From Rhizodiscina lignyota (taxonomy: Eukaryota): a stretch of 64,000 nucleotides of DNA. This document shows positions 12,876-26,086 of the stretch, piece after piece. The stretch lies in assembly GCA_010015805.1 (NCBI GenBank), contig ML978125.1:744001-808000 (forward strand), in the 5' to 3' direction. A program made the position numbers and the translations under genes. A model generated the notes under the pieces. That model saw only the letters and a list, made by a program, of their open reading frames with translations. It did no database searches and was not told the origin of the DNA. The first letter of the stretch is position 1, and each line of letters starts with the position of its first letter.

Positions 12876-13856
12876 GGGGATTGAGCTTTCAATTGGAAGT
12901 ATCCAACTACATAGCATCCATGGACGGGATGAAAATCCTCGGGCAGCTTCCATTTCAAGGCCGCCAAGCAAGGCACGTGACCACGATTCTATCTCCGCGA
13001 CCGAGGACTGGCATCCGACTTCATATGTAGGAAGCTTTGGCAGCTGCAAGGGAGACTTTCCCCATACACTTCCAAATCTCAGAGCTCGCTTCGGCTTCTA
13101 ATTGCTTGTTTGGCTCGTCGGAACTCTTGCTCCAGCGAGCTCTTCGGGAGATGTTCGAGGCGCAGGAAACTTAATCGGGGAGCTAATGTCCAGGGCGGTA
13201 GTTATAATGTCAGCCGGGCTGGATGAAGCACCAATAGAGTCTCTATACGGAGTGCTCCGTATGTACTTGTGTATCTAGGATATGTATAGAACTGCCCAAG
13301 AAGATCCACAGTTGGCCAAGTTTTCACTTTCGCAAACCTTGACAGAGGCTTGCATCTCTTGGAAGTGATCGAGAAATACGAAGAACAAAGAAGTAGAATG
13401 TCCTTACTTGGAGCATGCACCAACCATTCCGTGATCCCCTGCGCTTCGTGTGCCCAGCTTTAAATATAAATAGTCTTGACAGTATAAGGATTGGCTGGGC
13501 AGGCTAAGGTGCCGAACAGCCAGAGCTGCCGCTTGACGTCGTCTGTCGAGACCCTGCCGCTGCCCAGACCAAGTGCTTGCGCGCCTCATTTCACTTCACT
13601 CCTCCAGAAGCCAGTCTCGAAACTCGGCGATCGTCAGTCGCTAAAGTATCACCTCACCGTTCGGCCTGCTCGACCCAGCTGCTGCCATACCCGTTCAGTC
13701 CAGCTGCGCAGAGATCGGCGCTGGGTCAAAGCTGCCCGAGACTTTTCTTTTAACACGCTCAACTTTCGAGCCACACCACCCTCCATGACCGTTAACACTG
13801 TCCGCGCAACGCAGACGGCTGGCCCGAATTGACCTTCATCCTCTCTTCCGTCCGCA

Positions 13857-16800
13857 ATGGACATCAACTCCTTGCTTTCGCCGCAGGATTCGCCGGCGAA
13901 TGAAGCGACTCCTAACACCTCGTCGCCGCACCTCTCGCCCAGCAAGAACTCCACCAGACCGACGGTGCAACAGCGAAAATCTTCTGGTCTCAGCCAAGAG
14001 GTCACGCCTGATCAGATTACCTCCCTACCTTCTCCTTCTGCGCAATACTTCCCTCGAACGACGCAGCAACCGGTTCCCTTGCGATCACCCCACGCACAAA
14101 CACAATTTTCTCATGGACAAGCTTTAACCTCTCTCCAAATTCAAGCAGCAGCTGGATACGCTGCACAGCACGCAGATATTGTAAGAGCTGGCCAAACACC
14201 ATTTGTGCGTCCATCATCTGGGGAGATAAGCACACCTGGGTCGGAGAGTCGAAGCCCACTAGAATCCCGCTCTCCTCTACTCCAACACACAAACACACAA
14301 CCACCGCTCTCTAGGAACACGTCTACCCCGCAGATGGACACGCTGGCAGGTACGGCACGCGCTCAATATTTTGTTGTGATGACGTAACAACTAACGCGCT
14401 ATATTTTACAATTTAGATCTTGCTGCCATGCAACACCAACAACATTCTGCACGTCAAACAGCCGGCACTCTGCACTCACCATCAATCACCGCTGCGCAGG
14501 TTGCCGCCGCTCAGATGGCTACTGCAACAAGGTATGCTCACTTTGTAAAGATAAATTTGCAAAGTTTGGTTACGCTCACTGGTATATTAGCTCCAACTCT
14601 CCAAGTTACTCACCAACAACGGGCATTCGGCCCATGGCGTCTCGAAACGCGACTGACCAGAGCGCGACTAGAATTCGCTCGCCTCCACGGCAATATTCGA
14701 CATTGGCACTCTCTGAAGAAGACGTTGAACAACTCAACAAGACGTCTGCCACCATTCATGACAACACGGTGAACTATGGGGCCCACACTCAACTTATCAA
14801 GCTACTTCACAAGGGATTTCTGAATCACGTGCGCCCAGAAGGTCCAGATGCGGATTACGTAGCAGATGCTCACACCTATGAGCTCTTGGCGGACCTGAGG
14901 AAGGCTCGCGAAGACATGGATGCCATCTATCCCCTCGGTGAAGATCTTTGGTGCGAGTGGATCAATGATGAGAAGGGCTTGGCAAGGATCATGGAGGAGC
15001 GCAGCAGCGTCGTGGATCTCTGCATCAGAGCAACGAGCGACGAGCCAAGTAGTGTCAAGCTCTGGCGTCTCTATGGCGACTACGTGTACTTGCTGTACGC
15101 AACGGCTCACTCTCTCCCCGATGGAGAGCAGAACTGGTCTGACGAGGAGCGCATGATTGCCAAGGAACGTTTCCCTTGGACAACCGTGAGCCGCGTTTGG
15201 GAAGAAGGCGTGTTGAAGACCCAATGGCGATTGAATGACAGTAACATGGTCTGGGATCGATACATCGAGATCCTTACTTCCGAACATGAGAGGGGAAACC
15301 CGAACGTCACGTATCGAGAACATCTACAGGAACTCTATACTACTCGCCTCACACAGCCTCATGCAACATGGGAGAAGACCTTCTCGAACTTCTCAACATT
15401 CATCTCGAAGACAGCCAACCAGGAGCAGTGGGAGGCTATCATGGAGAGCACACAAAAGCGTGCATCTTCCGCTAAGCAACAGTGGCAAATTAGGGACCCG
15501 TTTGAGATCAAGATCAGCACTTGCCAGGACAATCCCAATGCTCGTGATGATGAGTGGCAAGCATATAGCGAATATTTGGATTGGGAAGTCAAAAAGAAGG
15601 GCATCTTCAGCGGTCACCTCATCGTCGGCCTCTTCGAGCGTGCCATCACGCGATTCTTTGCGGAGGCAACTTTGTGGGAGGACTACGTGTCATACCTTCT
15701 CGAGCACAATGCCACCCCTCAAGAGGTAATTGCGGTGTTGGAGCGTGCGACAAGGCACTGCCCATGGTCTGGTACCCTTTGGAGCCATCGACTGCTGGAG
15801 CTCGAAAAAGACCACAGGGGTTTCGACGAAATCGAACAAGTCAAACACAAGGCCACGAGGACTGGCATTCTTGAGCTCGCTAGCATCGAGGAATTGCTCA
15901 AAGTGTATAATACCTGGTGCGGCTTTCTTCGACGTCGAGCTTTCGAGCACGAGACCAACAGTGAGGACAACTATGATATCGCCGAAATGGGCATACGCGC
16001 CGCCCTCGAACACGTCGAAGAGGTTGGAGAGCAGCTTTACGGCAAGGACAAGTTCTCCGGCGACCCGCAGTATCGTCTAGAGCGGATTCACATCAAGTTC
16101 CTCATGCAAGGCGGCGATAATGACGCAGCACGAGCAATCTGGAAGACTCTGATCGATCGCCACAGGGACAGCTATGACTTTTGGTACCGTTGGTACATTT
16201 GGGAGATGATGGTTTGGGCAAAGACTACCACGGGAACATCGCATCAATTGATGATCCAGGCGCCAATTCAGGCGACCAGTATCTTAAAGGAAGCCCTAAA
16301 GCACGTCGACACGATGGACTTCCCCGAGCAGCTCGTTGTCGTGCTCACTCATCACTGTGAGCAGCACGAAGCAGTGCACGAGATCCAAAACGCGTATATC
16401 CTGATCAGGGAGTTGACCAAGAAGATTCAAAAGCGACGCGAGCAAGAAACGGCATATTATCAGCAGCAAGAAGCTGCTGGCGCCGCGGAGCAAACAGCTG
16501 GAGCTGCTGATGATGCTGATGTAACGATGGCCAATGCGACAACCACAGCGCATACGTCAGCAGGAAAGCGGAAGTTTTCGACGGGCCCTGACCACGAAAC
16601 ATCGAAGAAGATCAGAATAGAGGCAGGCCAAGAGCAGATAGAAGACGACGCCATCGATGACCAATCTAGCCAGCGTGCGCGCGATCGCGAGAATACCATG
16701 ATCATCGCCACTCGCCTGCCTCACAATTCGACTAGCAACGATGTTCGAAAGTTCTTCTCCGGTTTTGGTGAGGTTGTCAGCATCGAGCTGATAGAAGACA

Positions 16801-18209
16801 ATGAGGACGGAACCATGATCGCACTAGTTGAATTCGAAACTAAAAGCGAAGCGGAATATGCTGTAGTAAATGGAACGGTGAAGGAGTTCCTAGGCGAGAA
16901 TATTCAGATCGAAGATGCTACCGGCTCGACGCTGTGGGTCACAAACTATCCACCGTCCTTCCATAACGAGGAGAAGATCAAGGGCCTCTTTGGACAGCAG
17001 GTGAGTATCCAAAAGGCATATCCCCACCCTGTGAGGAGCAGTAATAATCTCATCTAGGGCTGGAAGGTTCTGAAAGTTCGGCTCCCATCACTCAAGTACA
17101 ACAAGAACCGCCGATTCTGCTACGCCCAATTCCGCAATCGTGAGACAGCACAGACCGCTGTAAAAGAGACAGATGGCACGAAGCCGCCGAGTGTAGGCGA
17201 CTGGGACAAGAATCTTGTTGTTAAGGTTTCGGATCCGAATGACGCGCTTCCACGTAACAGATCTATTTACGAGGGCCGCGAACTCTACGTCCATAACCTC
17301 AACTTCTCCATGACCGAAGACGACCTGAGAAAGCTCTTTGCTGAATTTGGCAAGGTCGAGAGCGCGAGGATCCCCGCCAAGAGGACGAATACAGGATGGA
17401 CTAAAAATAAGAGCAGGGGATACGGCTTTGTCGTCTTTGAGAAGCCCGAGGAAGCACAGGAGGCAATCGAAGTACTGAATGAGACAGAGTGCATGGGAAG
17501 GACCATCAAGGTCGAGATAGCGAGTGAGGGCAATCGAAAGAGGTGGGCGAGTAGTGTTCCCCCTGCCGCACCCGCCACTGCCACCGACACGAATGGCCAC
17601 GATGACCAGGACAATGAGGACGTACACATGAACGGCACCGAGGACAAGCCTGCCGCCGAGTTTGAGTACAGCAGGGAAACCTACCGTACGGTCGCCGAGC
17701 GCCAGCTCTTCCTCATCAACATCCCCGACACCGTGAACGACGCGACTCTCCGTGAGTGGCTCGAGAAGTGGGGCACTATAAAGGTACTCACCTTGCGCCC
17801 GGACCATCGCGGCGCCCGCGTCGAGTACAACAGCGTCTCCGATGCCGGCCGCGCGGAGATGGAGATCCCAGGAGAGCAGAAGCAGTTCGTCGAGGGCCAG
17901 GTGGTCAAGGTGGTGGACAAGCCCGAGTTCTGGAAGAGCAAGGCGGAGGTGAAGCAGGACCGGCTGAACGCCCCGGTGGAGAAGAAGGCGAAGGAGAATG
18001 GTGGTGGCAGCGGTCGTTCCATGATGCCCGCCACAATCATCCGCCGTCCTGCCCCGCGTGGCGGACGTGGTGTCGGACGTGGCGGTCACCGTGGCGGTCT
18101 GGGTGTGCGCCGTTTCGTCGGTGAGAGGAAGGAGGATGCTGGCGAGGCCGGCGGCAAGAGTAACGCGGACTTCCGCGACTTGGTGTTGGGCGGAGGTAAG
18201 AAGGAGTGA
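13857..18209 (+). CDS. PRP24: U4/U6 recycling factor Prp24/SART3-like (HAT repeats plus RRMs; 4 exons)
   Basis: HAT-like repeats (FERAITRF..LWEDY, ERATRHCPWSGTLW), several RRMs (LYVHNL, RGYGFVVF) and C-terminal LSM-interacting motif KSNADFR. Introns ~14350-14417, ~14532-14590 and 17001-17057. Confidence 0.9.
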
Positions 18210-19625
18210 AGGAGCAGCAGCGGTAGCTGCAGAAGTGTAAGATAGACGAGTAGCATAAGCGTAAGCATAGTAGGCTGCAGCCTACTCAATCAAAGTGATT
18301 GAAAGCATCTCCTCCTCAGTACGTCTACCGTGACACATATGTTAAGCCGAGGGTACAATGTACTGCGAGGCAAACAGTCATACACTCTTCAATCAGTACC
18401 AGCCATGTACGCCGACGTTGTGAAGTTCTACAGTATGGCATCTAATTTATATTCGATAAAGACTTCATTGGTACTCTCGTAAGTGTAGAAGAGTAAGCAT
18501 TGCTTGTACTACCGTGTTTCAACCGTCAAGGGACGTCGCTGTATTGCTACTTCATACCCCAGTGCAGGCTCTGCGTGTTGAAGCTGTACAATCTCGAAGA
18601 ACAGTGGCGAATATACACCAAATCATGTATCCGGAGATGCTCTCGTGAGTGTGGCAGAGCAAACACTACCTCTGCTATGCTTCGCATTCATCAGAGGGCT
18701 CGGCCCGCACCCGCATCTGTGGGCATGTGTACCCATATCTCTGGTGCCTGAGTACCAAATGTTAGGTACACTAAAATATAAGTACCCAGAATTAGGTACT
18801 TTCGGAACTCAATCTGTTGGACTACGACCTACTTCAATCACACGCGAAAGAAGAAGCCGACTGGACCCACAACTAATCGCTATCCCCACTACCCAACCAA
18901 TGACTATCCCTATACCCAATGTTAGCTACTTCTGCCCCTGTCTGCGTAGGTACCCGGCGGGATGATGAAAGGCCTACAACATGTCGGACTGTTAAACCGC
19001 GCAACCTCTCCAGTTAAGATGAACTATCCTTCTCATGTCTGTACAGTCTCAGTAAACACCAGCTGAGTAATATCATACTATACTTCCATGGATGCTCTCG
19101 CTGGCGGAGAAGAGGAAGTTTCGTGGGTTCGAGGCGACGTTCCGACCTGAAGGGACTTTACAGTGCTTGAGGATAACAGAAAATTTGGGAATAACTTTGA
19201 AGACACCGAACAGTTGGGCTGTAGAACTACTGAAATCGGTATAGCAAATAGTATTTTCAAAGGTTTACTATTGCTGTATGCACTCTAGCGAATGTAGAAC
19301 TAAGCTCTCGGTGATAGTATGGCTTGCTTCGAAGCGCAAGAACTACTTGCCCTCAAGCGATGCAGCTTATCTGGCGGCCAGCCAGTTAACATACCCACAT
19401 AATAGTAATAGAAGGCATAAAGACACCATATGAAAAGCCTCACCGTCTGGCATAATGCATGATATCTGAATATCCACCAACTCGGCACCTCCAACTGAAC
19501 ACGCTCCAGCCATAATTGCATTGATTTGTCGACTACAGTACAATTGCAAACTCCCCCTCCTCGACTCCGCGACTCCTATAGAAGCAGTAATCATTCAGGT
19601 CAGAGCCGCTATCGCACGGGCAGGT

Positions 19626-22012
19626 TCAGTGGCCTCCTGAACTGCGCTGAAACTCTCCTCTGAGCTGGTCATCCGCTACATCGTCCTTTTCGTCGGGTCG
19701 CCATGGCTTGTATGGTAGAGACCCGTGAGCTTGATCGCGAGCAGGGTCATAGAAACCGCGTGAACTCCTATATGGCTTGGAAGTTCCAATTGTTGGACTG
19801 GTGGGAGGGCTGCCAGCGCTGCCGGCACTGCTCTCACGAGCGTGCCTACAGTTGTTTCCCCAGTTTCTCGTGTGTCGATATCGGAAGACGTGCCATAATA
19901 CCCATCGAATGATCCAGTTGTCTACGTTGCCTTGCGCATGGGCTCTGCCGTAGTCGTAGACACGCTTCGTTTCTGGTGAAGCGCTATGCCAGATGGTCAT
20001 TACTTGGTTGTAGAGGGACATTTCGGTCATATGGCTCGACGAGTATGGCGGCTGGACTTTACTGTCGTCTCTGGCTTCAGCGTTTAAATTTGATCGGTCT
20101 CCACTCAGCCTTTTTCTCGCCTCGGAAGCTTCGTCTTTCATCAAATTGTACAGTCGCTTGTGGCCTGGGTTATCCTCTGACCAGCCGAGGTGCTTGAAGA
20201 AATCGGACTTGGAGCGGTTTTGCGCGAGCGTGGGCAGTGGCTGTATGCTCGGTTTGGGTTTTGCAGATTGCCCCAGCTCTTGTTTGGCGGCATTCTGAGA
20301 GCTTGGGGGCGGACTCGGGCACTCATCGATATCCATCAACTCACTCGTCTCGTGATCTGTCTCTCGCCGCTTTATCATATCCTTATCTCCCTTGTAGGGA
20401 GTTGGAGGCGGACTGCGATCCTCGTCAATGTCCATCTCCGGACCCGACTCATGATCAAGCGTGTGATCGTCCGACTCGTAGCAATTGTCTTCCATCTCCG
20501 GTCCGTGTAAAGAAGAGCTGCTCTGTGACTTAGTAGCCTCTGTGCTTCCGCATTGTTGCGGAATGGGCTCCGGCTGATTGGTGCTGCAAGAATCGCCTGG
20601 TTTGAACGGGCTGGCGCACACAGAGTCCTGCTCTTGCCTTGCCATTAACAGTCTCCTTTTGTTCTGCTGCTCTAACAGTAGCATCTGCATCTGGTAGTCT
20701 TGCAATGCATGTGCCTGGCCAATTGCAGGTTGTTTTTGTTGACACTGTGGCAGGTTCTGAATTGCCATGATGCCAGAGGGCGGACCATGAGGCATAGAAG
20801 GCATGCATGTATTCCCATCAGCACTATTACTCATTGCAGGAGTGACATGTTGGATAGCCATTTGATCAAAGTTCGTTGGCCCCGATCTTCGCTGAGCCTC
20901 TAGATGAGCCGCTCGCGCTTGCGCTTGCATCTGAGCCTGTACTTGTTGCTGTGTATTATACTGCTGTTGGAACAATTGCTGCTGACGTGAAGGATGACTG
21001 GGCAATGGCAAACCCAACAACTTGGGGTCCGTGTTTGTTTGCTTGGGTGTTGCTTGTGTCATGAGTCGTTCTCGGTTGTTGAGCTTCGCCTTGAGTATAC
21101 GGTTTAGTATCATCTGTTGTTGAAGATTTGGAACGTAGCTTGCGGGCTCTTGTGGTGTCTGTTGGGGGCTTTGCGGTGTCGGTAGCGGGTAGAACCTGGA
21201 GTCTTTTTCTTGTATCGCCAGAAGAAGATTCCTTATTTTGTTCTGCTCCTCTAGCAGTTGCAGCTGCGTATGGTAATCTTGCAAGCCACCATGGCAATTT
21301 TCAGAGCCATGGTAACCTTTCAAGGTATGAGTATTATTGAACACAACAGACGGTCCTGTTGCTTGCTGCATGTGAGACGATACATCAGGGTCATTACGAT
21401 CAGCTTGTAGTGGGGGCGTCACTGTTGTAGCAGCGAGTCCACAGGAATATCCTGACTGGGAATTCTGGACATTATGTGCCTCACTGCTGGATGGAGGCCT
21501 TTCCATATGGTGCTGTTCTAAGAGCATACGCGGATGTTGAGAGCCCGGCATGTCTTGAGCGTCGTGTGGTAAGCCTTGTTCTCGTGTCCCCTTTGTATGG
21601 GCTTCGTCCGATTCTCCTTCTGCCGTGCTGGTCTCTCTTCTGTAAATTCGAAAAGGAAGAACTTTCGGTGCCATCTCTACCCCAGCGGTATTGGTTGGGT
21701 TCGTCGCATCGTCCGTGACACTGTCACCGGCAACATCAATAGGACTGTGGCTCCGACAATTTACCGCAAGAAATTCTTTGAAGAGGTTGTCGTCTTCCGA
21801 GGCTGTGTCGTCTTCTCGGAGCTTAAGGTCGATATGCATCTAAGCATTGTCAATATGAGGGTCAACTTCCCCAATTTAATAAATCTCACCGTTTTCTCAT
21901 CTTGGCAAGAAGGGATAAGTTTCTCACGGCCTGAGCAAGGCAGTCCGTCAGGAAGTTCAGAGACAAACATGTTGAGAAACTTGTGCCAGAGCTTCTTGAG
22001 GTACGCAAACAT
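19626..22012 (-). CDS. Q-rich hypothetical protein with two Som1-like LQDYxxQLxLLExQNK motifs and a C-terminal globular domain (2 exons)
   Basis: 737-aa ORF extended by an in-frame first exon (ATG 22012; intron gtgaga...ttag ending at 21840). Confidence 0.8.
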
Positions 22013-22320
22013 GCCAAAGCACGACCGAAGTGCCAGTAAGGAAGAGTAGAAAATGGCGGCAGACAGCTTTATAAATACCCGGGAGAAGAAAATTAAATAT
22101 TATCAGGCAACATTCGAGTACTGAGGCCGCTCGTTATATCTTGGAGTGCTGCGCCATGTCGCTGCCTTCTTACCCCCGCTCCCCCGTCTCTTGACTGGAG
22201 CGGCCGCAACGCTGCAATGGGGTAACGCTGTGTGACAATTGTTCAAAAGTAAAGAGGGGCATAGCGTCACAAAATACCTGAATATAGTTTACTTGTTGTA
22301 AGAAGTAGTAGCTTTTTCAA

Positions 22321-23976
22321 TCAATCATCCAATAGACTTATGACCACTTCAGGTATGCGCTGTACACCTTCCGCCTTAATTGCACTGACCGGTACAGCGC
22401 TAACCTTGCGCTTCCATGCATTGCGGTCCCCACTCGGATGCGGGACTCCGCCGTCTTTCAGCTGATCAAGATATCGTTGCAACTCTAAGAAGTTGTCTTG
22501 CGTCTGCGGGAGGTCCGCTTTGGTGGCAACCACGAACCAAGGCTTGGTTGTGATTGGCGGTAAGGCAAGTTCAGGCAACTTGCGCAACTTCAGAGGGTCG
22601 GGAAATCCCTGTATGTCGGCATCGTCCTCCTCCATCTCCATGGCTAATTCTGTGGGTGACCAGTCGGTCGCGTCTTCGGATCTGAAGCGTTGCTCTGTCT
22701 CTTCGTTGAACTCTCTGCTCTTCAACGCACCATACTCTCCGACCTCCTTCCAGAGCGCTTTCAGTGCTGATACTGCGTTTCCGGCAGAAAGATCAATTAC
22801 AAAGGCCAGAACAGCGGCTCGTTCGACATGCCGCAAAAAGCCTAGTCCAAGGCCCTTGTCCAGGTGAGCGTCCTCAATGAGTCCTGGAATATCTGCAATC
22901 GTGAAGTTTGTCCTCAGTTCTCCGGTCTTCATCCTTCTAATTGTGTTGCGCCCTTTGTGGTTATCTAGCACGACAGTGCCAATATTGGGCTGGAGCGTTG
23001 TGAATGGCCAATCCCCTATGCGCGTCTTGCTGTTACTCAATGATCTTAGCAACGTGCTTTTCCCCGCATTTGGTAGACCGACAAGGCCTACATCAGCCAG
23101 GAGCTTCAGCTCAAATTGAATAACGAGCTTCAAACCTCCATCGCCCTTTGTGGCAAACTTCGGCATGAGCGAATTCTGTGTGACGAAATGAGGGTTGCCT
23201 AGTCCTCCCATTGACCCAGCGGCAAGCAGCATTGGAGTCTGCATGGGTTGATCCAAATCCAGTCTGATAGGCTCTTCTGGTTGCATTGCTGCGAGATGTG
23301 GTCTTCTTGGCGGCGGTAACGTTGGCATATCATTCCCGTGAATTTCGGATGGTTGGCTGGCTGGATGAAGCAACCACTTCTCCCGCGTTGACACGGCGTC
23401 TCGCCTGCCACTGGACAGTTTCCACCGGTCCTCCTCTTCTTTGACGGGATCATGCCGCCATAGTTCCCGTATGACTGTTCCAACAGGAACTTGAATCAAG
23501 ATATCCTCGCCTCGCCGTCCGCCTTTGCTCTTGCCTTGACCGTGAGAGCCGTTGCCCGCTTTCAACTGCCCTCGCCGCGCAATTTTATGCAAAGACGTCT
23601 CGCCCCGGACTGCTTGTATGAATATGTTTCCCCCGCTGCCACCATCGCCGCCATTGGGTGGGCCCAGTTCGATGAATTTCTCTCGCAGAAAGGAGACGCA
23701 GCCGTGGCCTCCATTTCCGGCTTGAAGCGTAAGCCTGCAGCTATCGATGAAAGGGGTTGCAGAATACGAGTCTGGAGAAGGATTGAGATGCGATAGGTCA
23801 CTGTTCACGGGTTGCTCGTCATAAGATTCAGGAGCAGAGACGGTGGTGCTGGAATTCCATCTTGTCTGGGCAAATCTTCTGAGATAGCGAGATGCGTAGC
23901 GAAGTTCGGTAGGACTGAAGGGATATAGGAATGGAGTAAGGGTTGTGCCCAATAAGCAACGGGATGCTGAAGACAT
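22321..23976 (-). CDS. MTG2: Mitochondrial Obg-family GTPase
   Basis: Presequence, Gly-rich Obg fold (AGNGGHG, GGDGGSGG), G1 GLPNAGKS, G2 FTT, G3 DIPGLIE, G4 TKAD and G5 SA. Confidence 0.93.
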   Translation of the reverse strand: MSSASRCLLGTTLTPFLYPFSPTELRYASRYLRRFAQTRWNSSTTVSAPESYDEQPVNSDLSHLNPSPDSYSATPFIDSCRLTLQAGNGGHGCVSFLREKFIELGPPNGGDGGSGGNIFIQAVRGETSLHKIARRGQLKAGNGSHGQGKSKGGRRGEDILIQVPVGTVIRELWRHDPVKEEEDRWKLSSGRRDAVSTREKWLLHPASQPSEIHGNDMPTLPPPRRPHLAAMQPEEPIRLDLDQPMQTPMLLAAGSMGGLGNPHFVTQNSLMPKFATKGDGGLKLVIQFELKLLADVGLVGLPNAGKSTLLRSLSNSKTRIGDWPFTTLQPNIGTVVLDNHKGRNTIRRMKTGELRTNFTIADIPGLIEDAHLDKGLGLGFLRHVERAAVLAFVIDLSAGNAVSALKALWKEVGEYGALKSREFNEETEQRFRSEDATDWSPTELAMEMEEDDADIQGFPDPLKLRKLPELALPPITTKPWFVVATKADLPQTQDNFLELQRYLDQLKDGGVPHPSGDRNAWKRKVSAVPVSAIKAEGVQRIPEVVISLLDD

Positions 23977-24282
23977 CGGTCGCAGTTCTTGACATGTTCA
24001 AATCAGAGGCAATGGAATGTCTGTCCTGGAAGGTTTTATTATGTCTTGAGTTCAGACCGCGGCGCCCGCATGGAGGGGCATTTCAGACTTGCGGCCATAA
24101 CCAGCCACCACACCCAGCCCCACATCAGCATCCCTAAGTGTTCACCACCTCACTCAAAGCATTCTCGCTCCTAGCTTACGGAGTATAATTGTTTCCCTCT
24201 CAACTCAAACTGCTGCAACCCCTTCAATCTTGTGTGCAACCTCGAACTAAACTCTACCTTTTATTTTCCCTCAGATTGTGCC

Positions 24283-25448
24283 ATGTATCCAAAACGTGGC
24301 AGCTGGCGAGGGAGAGGGCGGGGAGGTGGCAGTAGCAGTGTTTCCGCCGTTAGGTTGAAAGCGGGCGTCTTTCAGGACGGCACTTGGCTCTGTAGGTTTC
24401 CAGGCATTTTCTTTGGATTTTCCTCAAGTCACTGATAATCCACAGGCAACTGCAACCCACGTGTTCCTGCTTCCAGGTTCAAGGTCAAAAAGGAGTAAGT
24501 TATCCTGTGGTGTGAGCATGAAATCTTGGACCCTGCTAATGCTCCATTAAATTTAGGGGTAGGAACCAGGGGAGATGGTTCTACACGTGTCAGAAGTCTC
24601 ATGAGCAGTGCGGCTTCTTCCTGTGGGAAGACGATGCAAAGCCGCGCGAGGAGGCTGCTGTGCTTAGCAACTCGCGCAATGAGCCGCGAGCGTCCACTTC
24701 CACGATCCAACGAGGCGACACCAGAAGAGCCTCACCTCCCCCTCCTTATACTCCAATCCGCGAAGCTGCACATCCCGGCCAAGACCAAGCCGACATTGAG
24801 ACTGAGGGTGAAGAGGACGATACTTATGATTGGCCGGCCAACTGGGGTCAGCAAGAGCAAGAGCAAGTTGAGAGGCAGCTTCACGATGTGTCTCCTCCGC
24901 CCGCCACGCCGAGAAAACCAACCGCATCCAATGCCTACGCAACGCCTGTGACGGGAAAGCGCAAGATATCGAATGTAGACGACGTCGAATATCCCGCTTT
25001 GTCAACATCGAGCACCACAAGCAGACACGGTGGACGAACTGTAGAAATTTCGCCGCAGTCCAACGCCTCTTCGCGAACGCTTGCAGGCCCCTCCAGTTAC
25101 GCCTCACCACAGAGCACGCCGACGCCTTCTCGCTTCAAAGACGCAGTTTCAGACCAAGACTCTAGCTTCAATCTGACATCGGACGTGCTTGGCCTCCTGT
25201 CCGACCATAATGCGCGCCTTGATTCTACCGCACAGGCTTCGCTCAAGACGCTCTTGAATCGAAGTGACCTGCGCGTTCGCGGGATTCTGAAGGGGCGTGA
25301 TGTCAGCAGATTACAGATCAAGGCGAAAGATGCGAAGATTGCGGAGCAGCAGCTGCGAATCACAACGTTGGAGGCCGAGCTCGAGGCGGAGCGGGCCATG
25401 GTCCAGCACTTGAACTGGGAGAAGCAGAACGGGGCTCAGCCTGATTGA
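24283..25448 (+). CDS. GRF-type zinc-finger protein with C-terminal coiled coil (3 exons)
   Basis: Spliced product WLCNC.PRVPA...KKEGRNQGRWFYTCQKSHEQCGFFLWED. RG-rich N-terminus and coiled-coil tail KAKDAKIAEQQLRITTLEAELEAER. Confidence 0.85.
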
Positions 25449-26086
25449 AGTGATCCGTGTTACTCTCATCTCAATGAGCGCAATCTATGATATTGGTTGC
25501 TTTACTGGAGATCCCTTTATTGCACTTGCAGAGAGACTGGTGTGAAGCAACGTGTGATTGGTAATCTGGTTCTCATAGACGGAGACGCACCAAACACAAT
25601 GGAACTCCTGTCCTTGGCTAAGAGGCTTCAGAAGAGTAGAATGTTGACGGGAAATATCCATCCGTGAGGCTAAAAGAGAATGTGACATCGAAGACGATGA
25701 ATATTTGGGTTGTTCAACAGGGTTTGTTTCGGTGGAGGTAGCAAACAGTTAGTCACTTTGTGAACATGAGGCGTCGATACCATTGGGCATATATCACGAC
25801 AGACAGATACAATCAAGCGCTGAGAACCAAATGCACTCAATTACTATTCGGAGGCCAACGTGGCTCTACTACGAATGTTCGAATCTATTGTTACATTCCC
25901 GCCCCAGATCCTGTGCCATTCCCCAGAAAAATCTACCAACGTAAAACACAAGGTAGGTCAGCACGTCGACGACGTCGAGGCCCTTCCATAAGCGTGAGCA
26001 AGAGCAGCATGCTAAACTCTATACCATTGAAACCCAGTAAAAGACAAGCAGAGAGGCGAGACGGTAGCGAGGCCGCAAGGGCACGC

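Noticed and set aside
17088..18089. 333-aa antisense ORF over the PRP24 3' exon
   Set aside because: Mirror of a GC3-rich coding exon; the sense frame has clear RRM and LSM motifs.
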